A stretch of 60,218 bases of DNA, counting the filler. It is 2 parts of 2 records of this genome, joined end to end, with 100 filler letters (N's around TTAATTAATTAA, not from the genome) between each part and the next. Parts side by side here need not be neighbours in the genome. Positions count along the whole stretch, not along the records: positions 28,605 to 60,218 come from SRR20825006_2678; 1 more part is not named here. One strand, 5' to 3'. Under the pieces are notes generated by a model, which saw only the letters and a program-made list of their open reading frames with translations, was not told where the DNA came from and did no database searches. Made by a program: the position numbers and the translations under genes. This document shows positions 50,301-58,045 of the stretch, piece after piece. The stretch's first letter is position 1. Every line of letters starts with the position of its first letter.

Positions 50301-53084
50301 CTTTGGAACTTGAATTCGAGAAATGAAAGCGACATTCCTGCTTACAGCGAACACTGGCACGTCGGTCCGGTCACGCAGGTCGCTGCTGTTCGCGATGGTG
50401 AAACGGTTTGGGTTTCTGCGGCGGTAAACGATTCGGCACGTGGCCGTGTGGCGGTTTGGAACATCGGTGTCAATCGAGACGGAGCGGGGACGCGGGTTGG
50501 CCGTTTCATGCAGCATGATTCGGAGGTCTCTGCGTTGTCGGCTTGGATGGAGGATGACTCTCCCGTGTTCGCAAGCGGTGACACCGATGGAAATGTTTTC
50601 GTTTGGGGGCAAGGCGATTTGGTTGATGCGGATCCGAAAAAAAGCATTGAAAGTGCGGTTCAGGATTTGGCTTCGGTTGATGCATCTAATACCCGCATTG
50701 ATGAACCCAAAGCGTCAGCCGAACCCGCACCAATTCATCGTGGCGGGGTGCAGGCCATTCGTTATGACAAAACGATCGATCGCCTGATCACCGCTGGCAA
50801 GGATTACGTGGTGCGAACTTGGAAGCGCGCAGACATTCCGCACGAGGCTGAACTCGGGCCATGGGCTCGCGAACGATCTTTGCGAGGTCACGGCGGTGCG
50901 GTGAAGGCAGCTGTGTTTGTTCCTGCATCAGGTGGGGACGTGCTGTCTTTGGGCGACGATCAAACGCTTCGATATTGGGAATCGGAAACGGGTCGGTTGG
51001 ACAGCAGATTGGAAGAGGATCTCACTTCCGCTCGGGCATCGAGCAATCAAGATTTAGCGGCGGATGGTTTGGACGCCTTCGAAACGGCCGCTCATGATGA
51101 TGAAATCTGGTCGGCTCGATTCAGCCCCGATGGAACGAAGGTCGTGACATCCAGTCGCGATCACACGGCGCGAGTGTTGTCGATAGATCCCGGCACCTCC
51201 CGCTTCGACACGCGACTGACGATCTCATCGGATCAGTCGTCGTCGGAGGAAGATGGTGGAACACTGGAAGAAGGCAGCGCGTTCGGTGCGATGTCCATGC
51301 GAATGGACCCTGTGCATCGCCGGTTGTTCCTCGGCAATGCCGACGCGACGGTCCGCATTTGGGACATCGATCGTGGGACAGAACTCGGCAGCGTTCGTGG
51401 CACGGGGCTGAACGATGTGTTGGCGGTTTCGAAAGATGGAAGTCTTCTTGCTACCGGTTCCAGTTCCGCCGAATCGGATGTTTTGGTCTGGAAGTTGGAC
51501 CCGTCCAAGCAAGTCTCGCCTCGGTTACTGCATCGTTTGAATGGGCATGAAGAATCCGTCGCCGCATTGGCGATTTCTCCTGATAGCCAGTGGTTGTTCA
51601 GCGGTGATCGAGCGGGCCGAGGCCGTGTATGGGATTTGCAAACAGGTGAGCCGGTTGGCGAACCAATCGACGATCTTCTTGGCTTTCGCATCAACACGGC
51701 TTCGTTCGCCGGTGATTCAAAAAGTGTTTGGGTTGGATCAGACAATCAGTCGTTGATGCGTTGGCGTTGGTCTGACAGGACTTGGGTGGACCGCCATGAC
51801 ACCAATGGTTTCGTGATGAATCTTGTCGTCTCACCCGATGGGCGGCAGGCGATCACAATCGATCAATCGAAGCGAACCGACCGAACGATTTCCAATGTGA
51901 CCTGGTGGGATCTTTCCAATGGCAAACAACAGCGGTTGCTTTCGGAAACATTCTCGAATGATCAGACCAGTGCCTTTGGTGGTCGTCCCAACTTTGGCGG
52001 AGCGGCTTTCTCCACTGATGGTCGATTAGCTCGTTTGGTCGTGACTCCGGCTGGCGGACGATCCAGTCGCGTTGAGACTTGGGATCTGTCCGGTAACGTT
52101 GGGACGGCGAAGCGAGTCGCGGCAGTTGAGTTGCCAGAACGCATTGGGGAGTGCACGGCGGTGGCGTCGCTGCAAGGTGCCCGTTTTGTGACCATGCATG
52201 GCAATGCGGCGTTTCGATGGGACGGGGACTCCAACACCCATTTAATGAGCTATCGAGCTCACGGTGCGGTCACGCGAGCCACATTTGCCGGGGGTGATCG
52301 CCGGGTAATCACAGCCAGTCGCAGTGTCAAAGTTTGGGACGCGGAGTCGGGAAAGACAGTCGGCAAATTGGAGTCGCCTCATGAGGGCACCGTTCGTGCG
52401 ATTGCAATTTCACCGAAGGAAACGTTTCGCTTGGTGACCGGCGGCGACGATTCGCGAGTTCGTGTTTGGGACTTCGATGAAGAAACCGGATCATTCCAGT
52501 CCGTTCGTCAGTGGAACGATCCGATCTTGCAAGGTGGGATCGCTTCGTTGGATTTCAGCCCGGATGGTTCGTGCTTGCTGGCGACGACCAATCAAGGTGC
52601 GGCAACGTTGATGCGGATGGACGGGAAGGCGACGCTCAATCTGGTGGCGGATCCGTCGCTGGGTAAACTGAACGTCGGTCGCTTTTCCAATGATTCAAGA
52701 TGGGTCGCGGTCGGTGGATCCGACAACGTCGCGAGGATGTGGGATGTGTCGAAGTGGTTCAAAAACCCGAGGCTGGGAGGGGCTGATATGAAGGCGCCGA
52801 TCCAGCTAATTGGGCATGCGGAACCGATTGCCGATTTAGCCGTGCTGTCCAATCCGCTTCGGTTGTTTACAGCTAGCGAAGATCGATCGGTGAGAGTTTG
52901 GGATCCGATTGCTCAAGGAGCGAATCATGACGAGCAAGCGAGATTCGGACGAGAGCTGCTAGAGCTGCGTGTTCACAAAAATGCATTGTCCGCGTTGGAT
53001 TTGACCGACAAGGGTGATCTGATGATGACGGCATCCGAAGACGGCACCGTGCGGTTGTGGCCGGCGATGGTGGATCCTGACTGA
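47316..53084 (+). CDS. Giant membrane Ser/Thr kinase with Thr-repeat N-terminus, coiled-coil stalk and WD40 propellers
   Basis: 'LGKGGMGNV', 'AVK', 'HRDIKPEN', 'DWG', 'GTPSFMAPE'; TM 'AVAAMLLFIFVGGAFALVTI'; many GH...WD repeats. GAGGAG RBS before GTG 47316. Confidence 0.92.
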   Translation: MTNDKDRQGEPDHGLPEDENATENHFSLDETVEETDSIERNDHRGLSETVDHVDLDATLDEGNIIPVAPSNDPDATVADLDKTVEETDQTVQDTDQTIIENELTVTNADATIADASSTVSDVNETIAEDADFDPDETLLEADQTVSDSNVTVVDETLNDVDATVQESDLTVVETEATVDLNATLDKTAEKTIPTIHANSKTREDANEATEGTILTDEDIGQTINPRELTSEDVSYWSKLSQEFHTGAATVASFSEFGSAVAGSSLPLRGRQVTTPQESETEASDYRLVRLLGKGGMGNVFVARQGSLDRLIAVKIIKPLEEDKRDALRKQGRLESTENSRRQQFLTEAVITGDLDHPNIVPIHDVAVTGENTLFYAMKRVVGTPWNKVIGEKSRDENLEILIKVADAIAFAHTRGIIHRDIKPENVMLGDFGVVMVMDWGIALAMPQFEKLNSITPAKGLGGTPSFMAPEMATGPLEAIGPAADIYLLGATLFMIVTGKAPHHAKNVRECLRAVATNEIREVDPRHEGELLNIARKAMATRIEDRYSSVIEFQEAIREYRSHSESISLAARATDDLNKAEQTLSYTLFSRATFGFEEALHLWDGNQTAREGIARARLAHASAAHDNKDFDLGLSLLKPDGLLLHDSPEHEALATKLEQAIQDRKARESRFKFLKRAVAAMLLFIFVGGAFALVTINAKEQEARQFAENAELRRKEAEEQRKIAEGATKQARNNLQLAEDNLDRALAGEELAKKNAEKADANAKEAVENAKLAVKNAKEAERNEKRAELNAEEARISANAALVAQEKAEIARAEAEYESYVSQIGLAKARVDRNEFSDARRILSELTEDYRERFPNDPLPWELRWLSATVHQSKTVASLPVIADQLLLAQAPTSESRRGLIVQDNGKIATFSLANTDRLAMAEAWSDPDGGFVTAAAMNESGEQVALGMLDGKIEIWNEDLSVRVSRLPAHDGPVSDLGFADSNTLVSSSTDRTIRLWNLNSRNESDIPAYSEHWHVGPVTQVAAVRDGETVWVSAAVNDSARGRVAVWNIGVNRDGAGTRVGRFMQHDSEVSALSAWMEDDSPVFASGDTDGNVFVWGQGDLVDADPKKSIESAVQDLASVDASNTRIDEPKASAEPAPIHRGGVQAIRYDKTIDRLITAGKDYVVRTWKRADIPHEAELGPWARERSLRGHGGAVKAAVFVPASGGDVLSLGDDQTLRYWESETGRLDSRLEEDLTSARASSNQDLAADGLDAFETAAHDDEIWSARFSPDGTKVVTSSRDHTARVLSIDPGTSRFDTRLTISSDQSSSEEDGGTLEEGSAFGAMSMRMDPVHRRLFLGNADATVRIWDIDRGTELGSVRGTGLNDVLAVSKDGSLLATGSSSAESDVLVWKLDPSKQVSPRLLHRLNGHEESVAALAISPDSQWLFSGDRAGRGRVWDLQTGEPVGEPIDDLLGFRINTASFAGDSKSVWVGSDNQSLMRWRWSDRTWVDRHDTNGFVMNLVVSPDGRQAITIDQSKRTDRTISNVTWWDLSNGKQQRLLSETFSNDQTSAFGGRPNFGGAAFSTDGRLARLVVTPAGGRSSRVETWDLSGNVGTAKRVAAVELPERIGECTAVASLQGARFVTMHGNAAFRWDGDSNTHLMSYRAHGAVTRATFAGGDRRVITASRSVKVWDAESGKTVGKLESPHEGTVRAIAISPKETFRLVTGGDDSRVRVWDFDEETGSFQSVRQWNDPILQGGIASLDFSPDGSCLLATTNQGAATLMRMDGKATLNLVADPSLGKLNVGRFSNDSRWVAVGGSDNVARMWDVSKWFKNPRLGGADMKAPIQLIGHAEPIADLAVLSNPLRLFTASEDRSVRVWDPIAQGANHDEQARFGRELLELRVHKNALSALDLTDKGDLMMTASEDGTVRLWPAMVDPD

Positions 53085-53101
53085 TGACCAAGTTGGTGTT
53101 G

Positions 53102-55312
53102 TCAGCTATCCGCACGGAAGTGGGTGGCCAGCCAGTGCTTGGTTCGTTTCCACAGCGAAGAAGGCTCAACGTGCACGCTCACGCTGGTTGTCCAATTGGA
53201 TGGTGGAGCAAAATTAAACGGTCGCTTGTCTGAATCCAGTGCAACAGTGACTTTGTAAGTCCCATCATTCTCGGACGGACGCGTGCCCACTTCTGTGACA
53301 TTTCCCGTCCATGTGGTGCCTGAAGGGAACGACGTGACGGCTGATTGGCCCTCTCGTATCCATCCGATCTGCGATGCGTCAACGGACACAGAAACCTTGT
53401 GTTGATCGTTTGATACGACGTTGCAAATGGGAGTTCCGCTGCTGATCCAAGCTCCTCGGTTGATCGCTTCAGTTGGCTGGCCACTCCATCCGATTTGGGA
53501 TCTTGATCGCTGCCAGGGTGTGATGGGATTGGCCGAAACCGCAACGATCTGACCCGCGTGAGGTGAACGAATCTCAAGGTGCTCCGATTCCTTTTGGATC
53601 GTCAGCAGTTCTTCGCGTTTGGCTTGCAAAGCGAATTCAATGGTCGGGATATTGGCCAAGGTGGTAGTTCCGGCGTCCGATTGGATGCGGCTCATGCGAG
53701 TGCCCTTCAGGCGAGCTTCCAACTCAGCAATCTCGCCCTCAAGGCGTTCGATTTGGAGGGTGGTTTTCCAGTCTGACAGCCTGACGAGTGGTTCGTTGAC
53801 CCGCACCAACTGTCCCGTTGAGGCAATTGATTCCAGGCGACCCGTGGTCAATGCAAAGATCTTTGATTGCTGGATCGGTTGAACCTTCGCCGTTGCCTTC
53901 ACGCGGTGAGGAAGCGGTGTGAAGAGAATTGCTAGCAACAAGACGGCAACCATGCCAATCATCAACCGAGAACGGCGGCGAGCTTTCCCAGGAGCGAGAT
54001 CGGATGGAGTTCGCACGATGGGAGCGGTCCAAGCTCGCATCACGCGATAAAGGAGAATCACGATTGCGACGATGCCAATGGCGGTCGCACCGATCGACGC
54101 GAGATGGTTGAGTAGAAGCCAGCCGATGGCTCCGAAGATCACCAAGCGATAAGCAGTGCTAGCAAGTGCGTAGGCGAGCAATCCGATAGAGTCGCGATCG
54201 TCTTGCACCGTGGTGGGTTGGGACTGTGATTCCGTTTGAACCGAAGATGGACCCCAAAACCAAGACCGCAAACGCATTTGTAAAACGCTGCGCGAACGTG
54301 TTGCTAGATTGGGAACGGAGGCCGCGTCGGACAACAGATAGTAGCCGTCGTAACGCATCAATGGATTGCCGTTGAGGATCAACGTGTTGACCGATGTGAC
54401 CATCAATACGAACAGCAATATGTTTTGCGGAAGTCCTGGCATCGAATGAGTCCAGGCGACCAGTGCGAGTGATCCAATTACGCATTCAGCCAGGATTCCT
54501 GCGGCGGAGACGAGCATTCGTTTCCATGGTTGCGGTATCAACCAAGCGTCGCTGACATCGCAATACAAACAAGGGATGCCGAATAACAGCATGACGCCCA
54601 TTTCGTGACAGCTTCCTCCGAACCATTTGCAGGCGATTGCGTGGGCGAGTTCATGGATCAGCTTGACTCCCGAAATCACAATCGCCAAAACGATCCAAGT
54701 GGATGGGGATTGCAACGCCTCGGTGCTCTGACCGATCGCCGGAATCAATTGTTCCCAGTGCGTGAGAAGAATGGCTCCTGCGAACAACGCCCACGCCGAA
54801 CCAAAGATCACGAAGGCATGTCGATTCCTTGCAACAAAGTTTCGAACGAATTGCACCGGTCGATCAAGCCATCGATCGGGATCCACCAACGGGATTCGAA
54901 TTGCCAACGGATTTTTAACCGCACGTTGCCAAAAAGACTTTTTCAATTCGCATTGCTGGGTTCTCGCTTCACTTTGCGAGATGGCTTGAGTTCCGACAGC
55001 TGACGCGGTGGTGAGCCAAGTGTTTTGATTGGCTTGGTTGATGAATGCCGCAAAGTCTTCTCGCGAAAGTTTGATTGGTGCGAGCAGACGTTGGCAATGA
55101 AGGTGAGCTTGCTCGAACGTTCTTCGTCCATCCAGGCTTTGCAGAACCGCAAATTCTTGCTCATTGACCATCCACTGCGCTGAGGAGCGATCGTGGGAGC
55201 CTCGCGTGGATACCACGGGATCTCGGATGACCCACTGAAAGGTTTTCCCAACGCGGATGATCCGGCAGATCAAATCCGGACGCAATCGAGGTTGGATGGC
55301 CACGGAATTCAT
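53102..55312 (-). CDS. M50 (site-2) metalloprotease fused to a HlyD-like adaptor, with PqqD/RRE-like N-terminus
   Basis: 'HELAH', 'CHEMGVM', 'NGNPLMRYDGYY'; N-terminal 'PRLRPDL..IRDP...LQSLDGRRT'; C-terminal lipoyl/coiled-coil 'IRSPHAGQI'. Confidence 0.82.
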   Translation of the reverse strand: MNSVAIQPRLRPDLICRIIRVGKTFQWVIRDPVVSTRGSHDRSSAQWMVNEQEFAVLQSLDGRRTFEQAHLHCQRLLAPIKLSREDFAAFINQANQNTWLTTASAVGTQAISQSEARTQQCELKKSFWQRAVKNPLAIRIPLVDPDRWLDRPVQFVRNFVARNRHAFVIFGSAWALFAGAILLTHWEQLIPAIGQSTEALQSPSTWIVLAIVISGVKLIHELAHAIACKWFGGSCHEMGVMLLFGIPCLYCDVSDAWLIPQPWKRMLVSAAGILAECVIGSLALVAWTHSMPGLPQNILLFVLMVTSVNTLILNGNPLMRYDGYYLLSDAASVPNLATRSRSVLQMRLRSWFWGPSSVQTESQSQPTTVQDDRDSIGLLAYALASTAYRLVIFGAIGWLLLNHLASIGATAIGIVAIVILLYRVMRAWTAPIVRTPSDLAPGKARRRSRLMIGMVAVLLLAILFTPLPHRVKATAKVQPIQQSKIFALTTGRLESIASTGQLVRVNEPLVRLSDWKTTLQIERLEGEIAELEARLKGTRMSRIQSDAGTTTLANIPTIEFALQAKREELLTIQKESEHLEIRSPHAGQIVAVSANPITPWQRSRSQIGWSGQPTEAINRGAWISSGTPICNVVSNDQHKVSVSVDASQIGWIREGQSAVTSFPSGTTWTGNVTEVGTRPSENDGTYKVTVALDSDKRPFNFAPPSNWTTSVSVHVEPSSLWKRTKHWLATHFRADS

Positions 55313-56433
55313 CGTGTTGTTCCGTGATCAATATTGGGAAGCAACAGTCGAGCCGGTGACCCGGGGAGCAATTTTCCGTCGGCGTTGTCAACTTCAATCC
55401 AGAAGCGAGTTTCTCGGGTCAGTGGATCGACTTCGGGGCTGATGAATTTTGCTTCGCCGGTTCGTTCGGTTGTCTCACCTGTCGCAAGCTCGACGATCAG
55501 CTTGGGTTCGGATTCGTCACGAAGCCAATGGATCCATTTGGCGGGCAGGTAGCCTTCCACTCGCAGGCGATCCAGTCGCACCACACGTGCGATCGATTCT
55601 CCGGGTTGGACCCAGTCACCCACTCGGTGCGAAACCTCAACCACGATTCCATCGATCGGCGACTTCAATGAGTGTTGTTCGACGTTTACCCGTGCCAGTT
55701 CGAGTTGTTGCTCCTTGAGCTTTTTCTTAAGCTGGACTACGTTCGCCGCTGCCTTAGCTTGTCGAACTGCGACGTCGGCCGATCGGATTTTGGTTTGCAG
55801 AGATGCCGCGGTGGCCTGGTCGACCGATTGTTCCAAGCGAGCGTTCTCTTGTTCAAAGATGGCTTGCTGGGTTTCCAGACTTCGTTGTTCATAAGCAAGG
55901 CGGAATTGATCGATCTCGGATTGCGAAACCGCGTCGTCGAAATCTTTCTTCGCGTTGACCGCACGCGTCCATTCGCTCTTGGCAACCGCTTCGGCTTTTT
56001 GGGCAGCCTGCACCCGGATGTCGTTTTCGGCGAGACGTTTTTGAATCGCTGCGCCGGCATCGTGTTCCTTCGCCGCACTCCTTTGTTCTTCAAGGAATGC
56101 GAGAGCGGCGTCCAGATCTAAGGTTTGGTCACTTTGAAATTGGATGATCGCGAGATCTTGTTCAGCGGACTGTTGTTGTAGGCTGGCTACCACATCATCG
56201 AGGCTGGCCAGCAATTCACCGCGATCAACAGCGTCACCTTCGGTTACATGAATTTTGACCAACCGTCCGGGATGCACGGCGACGGCCGATCCTGACTGCG
56301 CAGCCGTGACAATCAGATTGCCGATCCAGGTTGTTGGTTGCGAGTCGTTCGAAACTGTCCGTCGCGAGTCTTGGGCGAATATGGGGAAGGTGACGACAAG
56401 CGAAAGTCCCGCTGCGATCATTGCTCGGTGCAT
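55309..56433 (-). CDS. HlyD/RND periplasmic adaptor (membrane fusion protein)
   Basis: Signal peptide; 'GRLVKIHVTEGDAVDRGELLASLD', coiled coil, 'SPIDGIV', 'FISPEVDP', 'LLPG'. TAATG overlap with the upstream gene. Confidence 0.88.
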   Translation of the reverse strand: MHRAMIAAGLSLVVTFPIFAQDSRRTVSNDSQPTTWIGNLIVTAAQSGSAVAVHPGRLVKIHVTEGDAVDRGELLASLDDVVASLQQQSAEQDLAIIQFQSDQTLDLDAALAFLEEQRSAAKEHDAGAAIQKRLAENDIRVQAAQKAEAVAKSEWTRAVNAKKDFDDAVSQSEIDQFRLAYEQRSLETQQAIFEQENARLEQSVDQATAASLQTKIRSADVAVRQAKAAANVVQLKKKLKEQQLELARVNVEQHSLKSPIDGIVVEVSHRVGDWVQPGESIARVVRLDRLRVEGYLPAKWIHWLRDESEPKLIVELATGETTERTGEAKFISPEVDPLTRETRFWIEVDNADGKLLPGSPARLLLPNIDHGTTR

Positions 56434-57818
56434 TACCAAATCTTCCGAAGGGAATCGAAGAAGGGACGAAAGAGGACGAATGCGAGACTGCGTCGTCCTG
56501 CTGCTACATCGCCAACGACCGTCGAGCCCATCGGCTGGTCGGTGACACCTTTTAGAGTCGACGGAACGGTGGCGCCGAGTCGGATGACAGGTTGTTGTTC
56601 GGCATTGGGATGCACCGCAGATGCGATATCTTGAACTTCACCGGTCCAGCTGACATCAGGCTGAGCCCGCAGCCGCAAGCGGCAGATCAAAGGCTGGCTT
56701 TCTGATTGGGCCTGCAGGACATGTCCAATGTGTTGCTCGGCCAGTTCCAGGTCGGCGATCATTCCGGCGGATGAATCCACCACGTCAAAAAGCCATTGAC
56801 CTTGGAAGACGTCACGTCCCACCAAGGTTTCTTTTTCATCCCAGCGTCGGATTTGGCCTCGGACTGTCGAGCGAATCGACATCGATTCTTGCACGGCCTG
56901 CAGTAGCTCAAGTTGTTTCTCATACGATCGAATACGTTCTCGAAGAACCAATTCGTTCGTCGAAGATTGCAGCCCGCTCGACTCGGTTGATGTGTCGGAC
57001 GAACTCGATTGGTTCGATCGGCCGGATCGAATCGTGCGACGCCCGGCCAGTTCTGCTTTCGCTGTCGCCAAGTTTCCCGCGACCATTTGGGTTTGCAGGT
57101 CGAGTTCGTCGCTTCGCAGTTCGAGAAGGAGTGTGCCCGGTTCGACTTGTTGTCCATCTTCGACGTGTACCGTGACCACTCGGGCCGCAGTCGGTGCAAA
57201 GAGACGTTGTTGGTGGATCGGTTCCAGGCTGCCTGCCACGGGGAGTCGCAAGGGAACCTGGACAAAAGCCAGGACCAACGTGACGGCGGCGAGGACGGTC
57301 GCCCAAATTGCTCTCGAGAATCGACGTTTGGGGCGTGGCGGCGATGTTTGAAATTGGTCGACTGCACGCTGGAGCGCGGGGGCAAGTGTGCTGCTGATCG
57401 ATTCCCAGTCCGCTCTTAGATCTGCCGAGTCGACTTGTTGTGCTGACGAGTCGAACGTTTCAAGAATTAAGAACGACGTCGCTTCGGTTGCCTCTTTCGC
57501 ACGAAGCGGCAGAATCAATATCGTTTGCGCACCGGAGTTCTCGCGATAACGATCCAGCTGGTTTTGAAAGAACGTGTCAGTTCGGGGCTCGGTCGATTCC
57601 TGAATATGCGAAAGGATCGAGGACCAATCGCGAGCGACGGGCGAATCCACCGCGGTCTCGGATTGCACGGAGGAACCCATCGGAACCCATTGGTTCTCTC
57701 GCCGCGCGAACCACAACGCTCGGTCAGCGCGAGTGCGAGCGACGATGTCGTGACACAGTTGATACGGTGTCAGTTCATCGGTCGGCGCGGCGGATTGAGA
57801 TGGAATGGTGGCTGTCAT
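56433..57818 (-). CDS. HlyD-like adaptor with N-terminal degenerate GAF-like domain and TM anchor
   Basis: 'ILILPL....FLILETFD', TM 'AIWATVLAAVTLVLAFVQVP', 'VHVEDGQQVEPGTLLLEL', C-terminal 'GRRSLAFVLFR'. Confidence 0.78.
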   Translation of the reverse strand: MTATIPSQSAAPTDELTPYQLCHDIVARTRADRALWFARRENQWVPMGSSVQSETAVDSPVARDWSSILSHIQESTEPRTDTFFQNQLDRYRENSGAQTILILPLRAKEATEATSFLILETFDSSAQQVDSADLRADWESISSTLAPALQRAVDQFQTSPPRPKRRFSRAIWATVLAAVTLVLAFVQVPLRLPVAGSLEPIHQQRLFAPTAARVVTVHVEDGQQVEPGTLLLELRSDELDLQTQMVAGNLATAKAELAGRRTIRSGRSNQSSSSDTSTESSGLQSSTNELVLRERIRSYEKQLELLQAVQESMSIRSTVRGQIRRWDEKETLVGRDVFQGQWLFDVVDSSAGMIADLELAEQHIGHVLQAQSESQPLICRLRLRAQPDVSWTGEVQDIASAVHPNAEQQPVIRLGATVPSTLKGVTDQPMGSTVVGDVAAGRRSLAFVLFRPFFDSLRKIW

Positions 57819-57991
57819 GGTTGCGATTGGGAGCCGGTTTCACGGTTGAAACCAGTTGCCTAGTTTAACCAGCCGTCGCAAAGTCTCTGCGTCGTTGTTT
57901 GGGTGTACTTGGAAACCCTCGCTGCTCCATTTGATTGAGATTCGCTCAATCTCGATGCATCGATCAGTCGAAGAATCCGGATAGTGCGGGT

Positions 57992-58007
57992 TGCATCAGT
58001 TGTGCCT
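57992..58007 (-). promoter_or_regulatory. Possible sigma-54 promoter for the HlyD-HlyD-M50 operon
   Basis: Minus strand AGGCAC-AACTG-ATGCA, GG-N10-GC spacing, pointing toward start 57818. Confidence 0.42.
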
Positions 58008-58045
58008 CCTGCGCCCTCATTTAGCGGATTCATCGAGGGGAAAGT

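Noticed and set aside
53102-55312. M50/RRE gene as part of a RiPP biosynthetic cluster
   Set aside because: No short precursor peptide or modifying enzyme (radical SAM, YcaO, LanB/M) in the window. Large-protein export fits better.
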